Shown here in pieces: positions 19,161 through 29,009 of a stretch of DNA of 64,000 bases (its first letter is position 1; each line of letters opens with the position of its first letter). Source of the stretch: Candidatus Bathyarchaeia archaeon. GTDB lineage: Archaea > Thermoproteota > Bathyarchaeia > Bathyarchaeales > Bathycorpusculaceae. Location of the stretch: NCBI GenBank assembly GCA_050015395.1, contig JBEKBM010000005.1, forward strand, positions 32,001-96,000, in the 5' to 3' direction. Made by a program: the position numbers and the translations under genes. The notes beneath the pieces are model-generated. The model was not told where the DNA came from. It was given only the letters and a program-made list of their open reading frames with translations, and searched no databases.

Positions 19161-20060
19161 ATGACAGCTAATTATACTCCATCAGATTTTCGAATAAAAA
19201 GAGGTATGTTACCAGCAGATGCATTCGCGTACGGACCTGAAATCAATTATCCGCCCACTGATTTGATGGATGAAGATATATGGAATAGTATAACTAGTCT
19301 GCCTGATGATGTAAGCCTTCGAACGTCAGGTGATTACGGTTCCACTTTAAAGCTTTATTGGAAAGCTTGGGAGGACTGGATTTGTTTAGCTATAGCTTTA
19401 CAGGATATTGCCAATAAAGTATCCGACTCACCGATTGCCAATTGTGCTACCGCTGGTATAGATGAGATTCAGGGGTCCATCTACAACGTGCTCGTTGGTT
19501 TTTACCGCTTATCATTTTCTGCTTTAAGAAATATGGTTGAGCAGATTACTATAGGTCTTGCTCTTGAACTTTCAGGGAACAATAAAATTTTTGTGGACTG
19601 GCTTAAGGGCGATGAAGAACTTAAATTTGGCTGGGCTTCAGACCTCTTACTTCGAAATCAGTCGATACATAACATGGAGGAAACGCTAATGGACAGCATA
19701 GGTGATAGTCTATTCCAACAAAAGACAGCTAGTAACAATGGAGGTTTTGCCCGCCGTTTATTTAGCGAATTGAGCCAGTTCACACACGGCGGTCCAGAGT
19801 TTTCTAATGCCGATTTATGGGAAGGTAGTAATGGTCCAATTTTTGTGCCAAAGTCTTTCAAAAGGTGGTCAGTTACATTTTCTAAAGCATATACTCTCTG
19901 TGTTCTAGAGGCTAAGCTTGCTAAACCTACAATCACAGTTTTAGGTGCTGGTTCAAAGCAAACTATTGGCAATCTTTACCGTTTGTTACTTGGCAAAATT
20001 CCAGCAAAAGAAGATGGCTCTGCGGTCTTTCAAACGTTGATGGATTTAAAGATGATTTAA
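19161..20060 (+). CDS. Hypothetical protein, possible divergent HEPN-like helical domain
   Basis: GFYRLSFSALRNMVE and LFSELSQFTHG segments. Confidence 0.5.
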   Translation: MTANYTPSDFRIKRGMLPADAFAYGPEINYPPTDLMDEDIWNSITSLPDDVSLRTSGDYGSTLKLYWKAWEDWICLAIALQDIANKVSDSPIANCATAGIDEIQGSIYNVLVGFYRLSFSALRNMVEQITIGLALELSGNNKIFVDWLKGDEELKFGWASDLLLRNQSIHNMEETLMDSIGDSLFQQKTASNNGGFARRLFSELSQFTHGGPEFSNADLWEGSNGPIFVPKSFKRWSVTFSKAYTLCVLEAKLAKPTITVLGAGSKQTIGNLYRLLLGKIPAKEDGSAVFQTLMDLKMI

Positions 20061-20106
20061 ACTTCGATTAGTTGACCAGAAACTTGAAAGAGAATTAAAA
20101 AAAATA

Positions 20107-21453
20107 CTATTGTTTTTTTAGTTTTGCTATGAAGAAGCCGTTGCATTGGTGAAGGTGCGGGGAGAGTCTTTGGCATTTTGTTAGTTCTCGCAACCCAGGC
20201 AAGCCGATTTTAGGCTTTATTTCCGTTAAGGTGAATTCTGGGTGCCATTTTAGGAACCGCTCGATTATCATTTCGTTCTCTTCCACCGTTATGCTGCATG
20301 TAGAGTAAGTTAACGCTCCTCCAGCAGCGACTTTTTCGGCACAGCTGTTAATCATTTTCCACTGGATTGCCGCCATTTTCTCAATTGACTTTGGTCTTAG
20401 CCGCCATTTGGCTGAGGGCTGCTTAGCGAAGACACCTGTGCTTGTGCATGGCGGATCCAAAATCACCAAGTCCGCTTGCGTATTGAAAGGCAAAGTTGCG
20501 CATGCATCGGCTATTACTGGCTCAGCAATACTGGCTCCCATGCGGGTGGTTTCTTTTTTCCACACTTTCATTCTTCTATTTGAAAAATCAACCGAGCCTA
20601 TACTGCCTTCGTTGCGCATTAGCTGAGCCAAATAAGTCGTCTTTGCACCGGGCGCAGCGCAAACATCAAAAACCACGCTGCCGGGTTTGGGGTCTGCGGC
20701 TTCTGCTGCGAAGCAGCTTGCTTTATCTTGGATGTAAAATAAGCCTTCTTTGTAGCTGGGCAAAGTGTTTAACGGCTTTTTCATTTCCCCAATTTTATAG
20801 GTGAACTTTAACGGTTCAGCTTTTTCTAGTTTAACGCCTTCTGCCTCAAGTTTTTGCACAATTGCCTCTTCAGCTGCCGCCAGCGTGTTCACCCGGATGT
20901 AGGTGGGCGGCGGGTTTACGCTTCCCTCCAAAAAGGCAACTGCTTCATTACGTCCAAAAAGCCTGTAACAATACTTCACAAACCATGAAGGATGAAAGGT
21001 TTGCAGGCTAGCTTTCTCCACATCGTTTGCCGCCTTCAGGATTGGCTCCAGCTGACGCGTAAGCAAAAAGCCCAAAATCGGCTCAACTTCCCGCACGGTC
21101 TCCCAGCCCAGAATGGACCTGCCAAGGCCCGCGATGCTTTCTGCTTCTTGCAAGTTAATCTTAGCCCAATTCTTGGCAACACGCGTCTGATAAACATAAA
21201 GCCGCAGAAAAGATTGAATTCCCAAATTGTACTCGCCAATTTTCTTGGGCGCCACTACTGTGTTGACGAATTTGTCTATGAGGTTTCTGCGCCGTGTAGT
21301 CTCAACAATTAACCCGTAAGCAAAGCGAATAGCGTTGGGGTCGCTTGCGCCAAGCTGCTTGATTGTTCTTGCCAAGGCTAGGCGTTCGCTTAGTTTTTGC
21401 ATTTCCATCCAGCTTAGGGTTTCAATGGCGATTGTCCAAGCATCCTTTAACAA
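20107..21453 (-). CDS. RsmB/NOP2 (NOL1/Sun) family RNA cytosine-C5 methyltransferase
   Basis: YIQDKAS, DVCAAPGAKT, LDPPCTSTG, YSTCS..EENE. Confidence 0.93.
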   Translation of the reverse strand: MLKDAWTIAIETLSWMEMQKLSERLALARTIKQLGASDPNAIRFAYGLIVETTRRRNLIDKFVNTVVAPKKIGEYNLGIQSFLRLYVYQTRVAKNWAKINLQEAESIAGLGRSILGWETVREVEPILGFLLTRQLEPILKAANDVEKASLQTFHPSWFVKYCYRLFGRNEAVAFLEGSVNPPPTYIRVNTLAAAEEAIVQKLEAEGVKLEKAEPLKFTYKIGEMKKPLNTLPSYKEGLFYIQDKASCFAAEAADPKPGSVVFDVCAAPGAKTTYLAQLMRNEGSIGSVDFSNRRMKVWKKETTRMGASIAEPVIADACATLPFNTQADLVILDPPCTSTGVFAKQPSAKWRLRPKSIEKMAAIQWKMINSCAEKVAAGGALTYSTCSITVEENEMIIERFLKWHPEFTLTEIKPKIGLPGLRELTKCQRLSPHLHQCNGFFIAKLKKQ

Positions 21454-21608
21454 TTACTTTTCACGACTAAACAAGATGCAGCGCTTCTAAATAAGAATTC
21501 AAAACGCCGCTGTTACTGCATATGGACAGCCACATAACTTTAAGAATTATTCATCCGTGGTAGTCCACTTGTGTTCTAAACCGATCTCCAAAAATGGAGG
21601 TGACATGT

Positions 21609-21743
21609 TTGTCAAGAAGGCGAAATGAGATAATGGAAAAAGGTAGAATGACCGTAAGTGAAGCAGGTAGAAGAGGCGGGGCGAGGGGAGGTCCAAGAGT
21701 CCGTGGACTCATAAGAGAAGGAAAAGAACATGAAAACGAGTAA
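21609..21743 (+). CDS. Small KGG/GsiB/Em-like hydrophilic stress protein (44 aa)
   Basis: Manual translation MSRRRNEIMEKGRMTVSEAGRRGGARGGPRVRGLIREGKEHENE; strong SD GGAGGTGA; missed by ORF track. Confidence 0.7.
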   Translation: MSRRRNEIMEKGRMTVSEAGRRGGARGGPRVRGLIREGKEHENE

Positions 21744-21821
21744 ACAAGTGCGTAACAAATCGTCTGCACAAATTAGTTTATGTTACTTTTTCCCTTTTTC
21801 TTAGTCATGGGAGATAAGTTA

Positions 21822-21989
21822 ATGAGTCAAGTGATTAAGCGCAGAAGTACCCCTGAAACCAAAGCGGGGCAATACATGTGTTCTGAGTGTGGTCAAATCT
21901 TCGATACCAAAAAAGAAGTCGATAGTCACCTCAATATGATGCATGAACCTCACCTTAGATCGGTGCATGGAAACTTGCATCAGGATTAA
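21822..21989 (+). CDS. Small C2H2 zinc-finger protein
   Basis: YMCSECGQIFDTKKEVDSHLNMMH. Confidence 0.75.
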   Translation: MSQVIKRRSTPETKAGQYMCSECGQIFDTKKEVDSHLNMMHEPHLRSVHGNLHQD

Positions 21990-22086
21990 GCTTAATTTTA
22001 CGTTTTTCTGCTTATGCGCATGTCACTTTAATCTCTATATCTAAAGGTAAATTGTTAGTTTTGAGTAAGTAAAGATTTTAGTCTCT

Positions 22087-24849
22087 ATGTGCCATAAAGA
22101 GGCTAAGGTCACATTTGGGATGGCGCGAACACTCTTAGATTATTGCAGTAGCGAACAAACTAAACCTCTGCCAAAAGAAGAAGTAAAAGCGGAAGCTCCG
22201 CCCTCGCCTTCCCCAGCCAAAAACAATGAAGAAATGAAACAGGAAGAAGCGAAACAACTAAAAAAGAAAAGACCTAGCGCCTTTCCGCCAGTGGCGCCTG
22301 AAAACCTGCCCGCTTCCTATTTTGTTTCAGCGTCCTACGATGGGCGCCAAAAAAAAGCAGTTATCAAACTTTATGAGCCTGAATCAGAGCAAATCTATTT
22401 TTGGTATGATAATACTGGTCATAAACCCTACTGCTTAACCAACTTAACTTTAGATAAATTAAAAAAATTCGATCGGATAACAAACCATGAAGGTTTTTAT
22501 GGTTTTGAAAAACAAAAAAAGTTTGACCCTCTGGAAAATAAAGATGTTGATTTAATCAAGATAGTGACAAAAGACCCATTAGCCATCGGTGGAAGACCAG
22601 CAGGCACAATCAGAGACATAATTCCTGAAGATTATCAAAGCGTTTGCGGATGCAAAATACAGGATAGCGATACTAAAGTTTGGGAGTCAAAAATAAAGTA
22701 TTATCAATCATACATTTACGACCGCCAGCTTTTGCCAGGCATGATTTACGAGGTTAAAGACGGCAACCTTGTTCCTAAAGTTCTTGAGGAAGCCACAGAA
22801 AACCTAAACCAAATAAAAGCTCTCTTCAAAGACTGCACCGATGAAGAACGTGAATACATTGAAATGTGGGCAAAACTCCTTGAGTACCCAGCCCCAAAGT
22901 TCCGCAGAGCCGCCATAGACATAGAGGTATATTCACCGTTATCCACAAGAATGCCTGATGCTCGGGAAGGCGCGTGCCCTGTAATCGCAGTGTCAATTTA
23001 TAGTTCAGACGGTGAAAAAAAAGTGCTTGTTCTGAAGCGTGAAGGGGTGCGTGAAGGCAACCATCACTTGGCTGCAGACATTACAGTGGAATATTGCGAA
23101 ACCGAGGAGGAACTGCTTAGAAAAACATTCGATGTCCTGCTGGATTACCCGTTTATTTTAACTTTCAACGGCGACGACTTCGACCTCCGCTATCTAGCGC
23201 ATCGAGCCATGAACTTTGGGTTTAGCAGAAGTCAGATTCCAATAGAAATAGGCAAACGAGTCTGTCTTTTGAGGTACGGTGTCCACATCGATCTATACAA
23301 GTTCTTCTTCAACAGGTCCGTGCAAATCTATGCTTACGGCAACTGCTACCGCGATGTAACCCTCGACGACGTTGGCAACGCACTCATAGGCGTAGAAAAA
23401 ATCCACTTAGAAAAAACCTTCGGAGACTTAACATACTCTGAACTTGCAGCTTACTGCCTGCGAGACTCAGAAATTACCTACAAACTAACCAGTTTTGACA
23501 ACGATTCAGCAATGAAACTAATCCTTGTCCTAGCACGAATTGCCAGCATGCCCATGGAAGACGTAAGCCGCCAAGGCGTAAGCCGCTGGATACGCAACTT
23601 CATGCATAGAGAACATCGAAGAAAGAATATGCTGATTCCGAATGCGGAGGACATTCTTACAAAGAAAGGCAAAACTTCGTCTACAGCTACAATAAAAGGG
23701 AAAAAATACAAAGGCGCCATAGTTGTTGAACCCACGCCTGGTGTTCATTTTAACGTTTCAGTTATGGACTTTCCTAGCCTGTACCCCTCAATAATTAAAG
23801 TATGGAATCTAGGCTACCAGTCAATTGATTGCCAACATAACGAATGTAAATGCCACATGATACCGGACACGCCGCATTGGGTTTGCAGTGAGAAACGGGC
23901 GCTGGAAAGTTTACTGATTGGTTCACTGCGAGATTTACGTGTTAAATGGTATAAGCAGCGCTCAAAAGACAAAACCTTGCCACCTGAGCTTAGAAGCTGG
24001 TACAACATCACTCAGGGAGCGCTTAAAGTTATCCTGAACGCCAGCTACGGTGTCTTTGGCGCCGAAAGCTTCGATTTGTATTGTCCGCCAGTGGCGGAAG
24101 CAACGGCAGCCATCGGCAGGTACTCTATCACCCAAATACTCAAGCATGCTGAAACGGTGGGTATACAGGTTCTCTACGGCGACACGGACAGCTTATTTTT
24201 GAAAAACCCCTCTAAAGAGCAAATCGAAGAATTAGTCCGTTACACAGAACATGAATTAAACATGGGCATCGACGTCGACAAAGTTTACAGGTACGCTGTA
24301 TTTAGTTCGCGCAAAAAGAATTATCTTGGCGTCTTGGAAGACGGCACCGTGGATGTGAAGGGCTTAACAGGCAAGAAAAAACACACCCCTGTCTTTATCA
24401 AAGATGCTTTTAACAGTATGAAAGATACACTTGCAAGAGTTAAAACTCCCGCTGACTTTGAAAAAGCCAGAAAAGAAATCGCCGAAATAATCCGTGAACG
24501 CTACACACGGCTAAAACGTAGAGAATGGGTTGACATTAGTGAGCTTGCGTTTCATGTAGCTTTAGGCGATGAACTTTCAAGTTATACTAAAACTACGCCT
24601 CAACATGTGAAAGCCGCAAGAATTCTACAGAAAAGCGGCAAAGAGTTGAGAGCGGGGGACTTGATTAGTTTCGTTAAAGTTATAAGGCCACCTCATGTGA
24701 AACCAGTTGAGTTAACTTCAAGAAACGAGGTAGACGTTGACAAATACATTGCCTATTTGCATTCTACTTTCGACCAGGTTTTGGATGCTTTAGGCTTAAG
24801 TTTTGACGAAATTATCGGCTTAACAAAACTTGAAAGATTCCTTGCCTAA
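22087..24849 (+). CDS. polB1: Family B DNA polymerase, PolB1 (TACK type)
   Basis: N-terminal DNTGHKPYC, Exo DIEV / FNGDDFD, Pol DFPSLYPS, KVILNASYG, YGDTDS. Confidence 0.96.
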   Translation: MCHKEAKVTFGMARTLLDYCSSEQTKPLPKEEVKAEAPPSPSPAKNNEEMKQEEAKQLKKKRPSAFPPVAPENLPASYFVSASYDGRQKKAVIKLYEPESEQIYFWYDNTGHKPYCLTNLTLDKLKKFDRITNHEGFYGFEKQKKFDPLENKDVDLIKIVTKDPLAIGGRPAGTIRDIIPEDYQSVCGCKIQDSDTKVWESKIKYYQSYIYDRQLLPGMIYEVKDGNLVPKVLEEATENLNQIKALFKDCTDEEREYIEMWAKLLEYPAPKFRRAAIDIEVYSPLSTRMPDAREGACPVIAVSIYSSDGEKKVLVLKREGVREGNHHLAADITVEYCETEEELLRKTFDVLLDYPFILTFNGDDFDLRYLAHRAMNFGFSRSQIPIEIGKRVCLLRYGVHIDLYKFFFNRSVQIYAYGNCYRDVTLDDVGNALIGVEKIHLEKTFGDLTYSELAAYCLRDSEITYKLTSFDNDSAMKLILVLARIASMPMEDVSRQGVSRWIRNFMHREHRRKNMLIPNAEDILTKKGKTSSTATIKGKKYKGAIVVEPTPGVHFNVSVMDFPSLYPSIIKVWNLGYQSIDCQHNECKCHMIPDTPHWVCSEKRALESLLIGSLRDLRVKWYKQRSKDKTLPPELRSWYNITQGALKVILNASYGVFGAESFDLYCPPVAEATAAIGRYSITQILKHAETVGIQVLYGDTDSLFLKNPSKEQIEELVRYTEHELNMGIDVDKVYRYAVFSSRKKNYLGVLEDGTVDVKGLTGKKKHTPVFIKDAFNSMKDTLARVKTPADFEKARKEIAEIIRERYTRLKRREWVDISELAFHVALGDELSSYTKTTPQHVKAARILQKSGKELRAGDLISFVKVIRPPHVKPVELTSRNEVDVDKYIAYLHSTFDQVLDALGLSFDEIIGLTKLERFLA

Positions 24850-25725
24850 TTATAATAATTGAATAAGTACACCAATTAGCGTGAAAATTCCAATTATCAA
24901 AGCTATTATTCTAACCACTTGCTTCTCAGTTAATGGCCGATGATAAGTTATCACTGTAATTAGGCTTCTTCTATGGTCAGACGAAAGCTTTTCTCCATCA
25001 AACGAAACTTTAGCTTTTTTGTGTGTAAAGAAAATCATCAACAGTATTATTGCAGAATTGAAAATGTAAGGCAGAATCGAAATCAGCAGGCTCAATTTTA
25101 AGTCTGAAATTATGGCAAATGAGGCTATAGTCAATCCTATGGCAAACGAGCCTGAGTTGCCAACGAAAATTTTGCCCCTAAAATTGAAGTAGGCAAGAAT
25201 TAGCCAGAATATCAGGGGTCCAAGCATCAGAACATAATATGAGGGTGATAGAGCCATTAATCCTATTATGACTATGGCAGGGCATATAGTTTCTAAACCG
25301 TTAAGTCCCCCTAGTTGGTTTACTGTGTTTGTAACTATCATGACGATTAATGGGATAATTATATAGAAGTATGTTAAACCGAAATCGATCGTTCCAATGA
25401 ACGGTAATGCTATAGTCGTTCTTGCATGTGTTGCGTATGCGAAGTATATGAGAGGTAACGCGGCGATTAACGGCATGAATGCTTTGTAACGCCATTTCAA
25501 ATCTATCCAGTCATCAAGCAAGCCCATGAACCCGCCGAAAAGAATGCATGCGGCTAGGATTAACGGTGCTGAAATGGGTGCGGAAACATTTGCTGGGTTC
25601 TTTATGAATCCTGAGAAATAGAGAAGAAAAAGGTAAACTGTGGCGAATAGGACGTAAAGTACGCCTAACCCGTTGGGAGTTAACGGTTGTCCAACTTTAT
25701 GCTGATCTGGAACCTTTGGAAACAC
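24850..25725 (-). CDS. aglH: UDP-GlcNAc:dolichyl-phosphate GlcNAc-1-P transferase (AglH/Alg7-like, MraY superfamily)
   Basis: Multi-TM; GLLDDW, NTVNQLGGLNGLE, KIFVGNSGS; directly downstream of aglB. Confidence 0.8.
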   Translation of the reverse strand: MFPKVPDQHKVGQPLTPNGLGVLYVLFATVYLFLLYFSGFIKNPANVSAPISAPLILAACILFGGFMGLLDDWIDLKWRYKAFMPLIAALPLIYFAYATHARTTIALPFIGTIDFGLTYFYIIIPLIVMIVTNTVNQLGGLNGLETICPAIVIIGLMALSPSYYVLMLGPLIFWLILAYFNFRGKIFVGNSGSFAIGLTIASFAIISDLKLSLLISILPYIFNSAIILLMIFFTHKKAKVSFDGEKLSSDHRRSLITVITYHRPLTEKQVVRIIALIIGIFTLIGVLIQLL

Positions 25726-25755
25726 TCGGTCGCTTCCCAGCTCTCTTGCAATATT

Positions 25756-28086
25756 TTAGCCTGTGCCTGTTGTGCCCGTCGCGGTATAGTATGCTGGATA
25801 GTCAATTTTGTATATGGCTACTAACGGTATTAATCCGCCGTATTGGAATGGCGATGTATTTAGGCCAGCGAAGTAAGCTTCTGTGAAGTACGTTGGCGTT
25901 GTAGTTGTTGTACTTGGCGTAATGCTGACTCCTGCGGCAGTCCATTCGTTGCAATATGTTACCTCTGCATAGTTCATCAATTCGTATATTGTACAGTTAC
26001 CTCCTTGGTTATTCCATACCCACTGCCCAGTTGTTGAACTAGTATTGCCAAATGCTGTGTCAGCCTTCCATACTGTTGATGTTGTTGCACTCATGTAGCC
26101 ATTTTGTATGTACCATTGCTCTGCTGTTCCTGAAATGCTTGCCATCCACTCCCATTTTCCTTCATCTCCATATCCCGCAGGACTTGCAGTGTATCCTGTG
26201 CCGCTGCTTGACTGGGATAGTGCGAGGACGGTGAAGACGAGGATGTAGTTGACCCGTCCAGGATTATTATAGTTCTCATAGTTAGACAGCATTTGCATTG
26301 ACTGGTTTTCATTGCCCATCATTATGAAGCCTACGTTTTCGATTTGTGTGGTATTGTACGTAGTGTTATCGCACAAAGTTGTTACGTTTCCAATATCGCT
26401 TAACCAGTCGCCGTAGTCCCACCAAGCAACTACCACATTATTCGAGGGAACGTTGCTTTGTATCCAACTTAACGCGTCACGCCATGCACTTACTGATGTA
26501 GTAAGGCTTGCACCGCCTATCGGAAGGCTTGATGCACTAATTGCTGTTGGCACGAAAGATACGTTGATGGATCTTGGAACTCCGCCAGCAGTTTGTGGTG
26601 AGAAAGCGAAGCACGTTACCAGAATAAGGAATATCAGAAAGACTGCGACACCGCTGTATTCCTTACTTACACGCGCCATTCTACGTTTTGTTTTTGCGAG
26701 AGTATGTGGCGCTTCTTTTAGTAAAGTGTAAAACGGTTGTATTAGGCCCAGAACACCTATTCCTGCTATGATTGCATAGGCTGGAGCAAAGATTGCCAGT
26801 AAGCGAATCATTGAAGCGGCAAAGAAGAGCGCTGTTACAGCGAAAACTATCAGGAAGATGTTTCTGGTTGTTGGATTTTTTAATATGAAGTAAAAGCCGA
26901 TGAGGAAGAATAGGATGCTTATGCCGAGTTCGATGTAAACGTCTCCCCAAGCTGTAATTTGTTGTTCAGCCACTGAATTGATAATAGGTGAACTTGCTCT
27001 GATAAAGGGATCTAAAACTGTGCTGAATTTTCCTTCAAGGCCACTGCCAGTAATGAATCCAGTTACATATAATGTGAAAAAACCGCCGACAATTACAACT
27101 AGTGAGGTAATAGCTAGAAGCATCTTGCTCCTCAAAGATATATTATTCCGCAAAAGTTCTGCAATGAGAAGCAAGACGAATCCTCCAGCGACTGGAATTA
27201 CTGCACCTGACGTTAAGTAGGTAAGTCCCAGATAGGGAACTATTGCTGCTATATATAATGCTAAGCCAAAAGTTATGCTGTAGCTAAGCAGAAGCCGTGG
27301 ATTATACCTCTTCAATAGAACTATAACAAAAACGAATAGTACGGTCATGTCAATCATGTAGTATGCTCCACCCCAGCCTGCTATGAAATATGCTAAGGAG
27401 GCAGCAGCGCCTAACGAGTACAATATGGATGCACGTAATGACCTATTGTTGTCAATAGATCTTAGGAATAAGAATACAAATAATATAAGACCAATCGTAC
27501 CCGGGACTTGTGTGTCAAAGAATCCAAGAGATGTTCTTTCGATGATTGACGGTTCTAACGCCAAGAATAACGCAGATAATAAACCAACCGTTCTTCCACC
27601 AATGTCCTTGCCTAAAAAATACATTACCAGAACTGAAATCACACCAACTACGGGCGGTATCATTGCGCAAAGTGTCATTAAATTAACGTTTGCGCCTAAC
27701 GCTTTGATGACGTCGTAGATTGCTGCTCCTGTTATAGGTATTGATGGCAAAGCGGTAGCCATGTTAAGTCCGAAAGGATACCACAATTGATTGTTGATCC
27801 AGTGTGTCGGATAATAAGGTGAAAGCAAACCGTGATTTACCATGTATTGTGTTACGCTGAATTGATAGTAAGGGTCAAACTCGTTAAGAAGGGATGTTCC
27901 TCCGGAGAGATTTTCCCAGCGTAAAGGTAAAATGCGGACAATAAATGCAACAAAGAGTATTAGAGCTAACGCAGAATATGCGATTATTTGTCCGTGACTT
28001 AGTTCCATGCGTAATCTACTGAAAGGTGACAGCCTTTTACTAAGCCGATCTTTAATTCCTTCTCCCACTTTAAGCCATCTCTCCAC
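25756..28086 (-). CDS. aglB: Oligosaccharyltransferase catalytic subunit AglB/STT3
   Basis: EFDPYY, GFFD, SVAEQ, WWDYG, DNTT; many TMs. Confidence 0.96.
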   Translation of the reverse strand: MERWLKVGEGIKDRLSKRLSPFSRLRMELSHGQIIAYSALALILFVAFIVRILPLRWENLSGGTSLLNEFDPYYQFSVTQYMVNHGLLSPYYPTHWINNQLWYPFGLNMATALPSIPITGAAIYDVIKALGANVNLMTLCAMIPPVVGVISVLVMYFLGKDIGGRTVGLLSALFLALEPSIIERTSLGFFDTQVPGTIGLILFVFLFLRSIDNNRSLRASILYSLGAAASLAYFIAGWGGAYYMIDMTVLFVFVIVLLKRYNPRLLLSYSITFGLALYIAAIVPYLGLTYLTSGAVIPVAGGFVLLLIAELLRNNISLRSKMLLAITSLVVIVGGFFTLYVTGFITGSGLEGKFSTVLDPFIRASSPIINSVAEQQITAWGDVYIELGISILFFLIGFYFILKNPTTRNIFLIVFAVTALFFAASMIRLLAIFAPAYAIIAGIGVLGLIQPFYTLLKEAPHTLAKTKRRMARVSKEYSGVAVFLIFLILVTCFAFSPQTAGGVPRSINVSFVPTAISASSLPIGGASLTTSVSAWRDALSWIQSNVPSNNVVVAWWDYGDWLSDIGNVTTLCDNTTYNTTQIENVGFIMMGNENQSMQMLSNYENYNNPGRVNYILVFTVLALSQSSSGTGYTASPAGYGDEGKWEWMASISGTAEQWYIQNGYMSATTSTVWKADTAFGNTSSTTGQWVWNNQGGNCTIYELMNYAEVTYCNEWTAAGVSITPSTTTTTPTYFTEAYFAGLNTSPFQYGGLIPLVAIYKIDYPAYYTATGTTGTG

Positions 28087-28451
28087 ACATTAATTGCGAT
28101 TTTCTGTTTAATTCTTAATTTATACACATTGGACATTTATTTATGGCTTTCCAAAATGAACTGACATAGCTTGGTGGCTAATGCAGTTTGATTATATTGC
28201 AATATAATCCACTAGCTAAACTATATAGCCTTTTTTTAACCGAACTCTAAATTCCCAGCTAAAACAGGCAAAAAAGTCGTCGTCAGAAACCCTAAAGGTC
28301 AACAAACGATAACCATATTTTTCTTCACTATGAACCATGTTTTGGACAGACGTTGCATAAACTTACTTAGCGACTTACCATTCTGGTTTTGGCAGCTTCC
28401 CAACGCTCTTCTGGTAGGTTTAATCGAAGCTTTTGGTGAGCGTACCCTAAT

Positions 28452-28625
28452 CTATCGACGCTTAATTATGGGTTTAACTTCAACCTCTATAGGTAACAAT
28501 GAAAGTTTCCTATTACATGCTGGGCATTTTCCACTATTTTGCGAAATAATTTCGTCTGGTGGTTTAAGCTCACTGCCTTCATATAAAACATGATTGCATC
28601 CATGGCAAATAACTCGTTGCGGCAT
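28452..28625 (-). CDS. Small zinc-ribbon protein (57 aa)
   Basis: Manual translation MPQRVICHGCNHVLYEG...GKCPACNRKL...; two CxxC pairs; missed by ORF track. Confidence 0.75.
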   Translation of the reverse strand: MPQRVICHGCNHVLYEGSELKPPDEIISQNSGKCPACNRKLSLLPIEVEVKPIIKRR

Positions 28626-29009
28626 CCCAAATCCCCCGATAATAACATGCTATGGCATATTTATTAGTTGCTAAACAAAATTAACCCTTAGCTAAGACTG
28701 TGCTTGTCAAGTAACTGCAAAGGTATGTATTTTGTTCTTGGTTTTTGTTTTAGGCTATTTGTGTGTGCTCAGCCTACCTACCCGGTCTACTAGATGCTTC
28801 TAATATGCTTCAAATATGATTCAACATAGTTCTGCATGGAACCGACGACGGTGTTTTTCATTGCTTTTCAATGCTTTTCAACATGCTAACCTGTTTTTTT
28901 GATGTAGAGGAAAAACACTAAAAAAAGAAAAAACAAGAACTAATAGATACCTGCAAAGTTTATTTTAAGAAGGACTATTGGAATGTTAAAGCGTGTGGTT
29001 TAACAGCCC

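Noticed and set aside
22087-24849. Inteins or inactivation in PolB1
   Set aside because: Normal length and all catalytic motifs are contiguous and intact.
28330-28593. 87-aa plus-strand ORF
   Set aside because: Shadow of the minus-strand zinc-ribbon gene.
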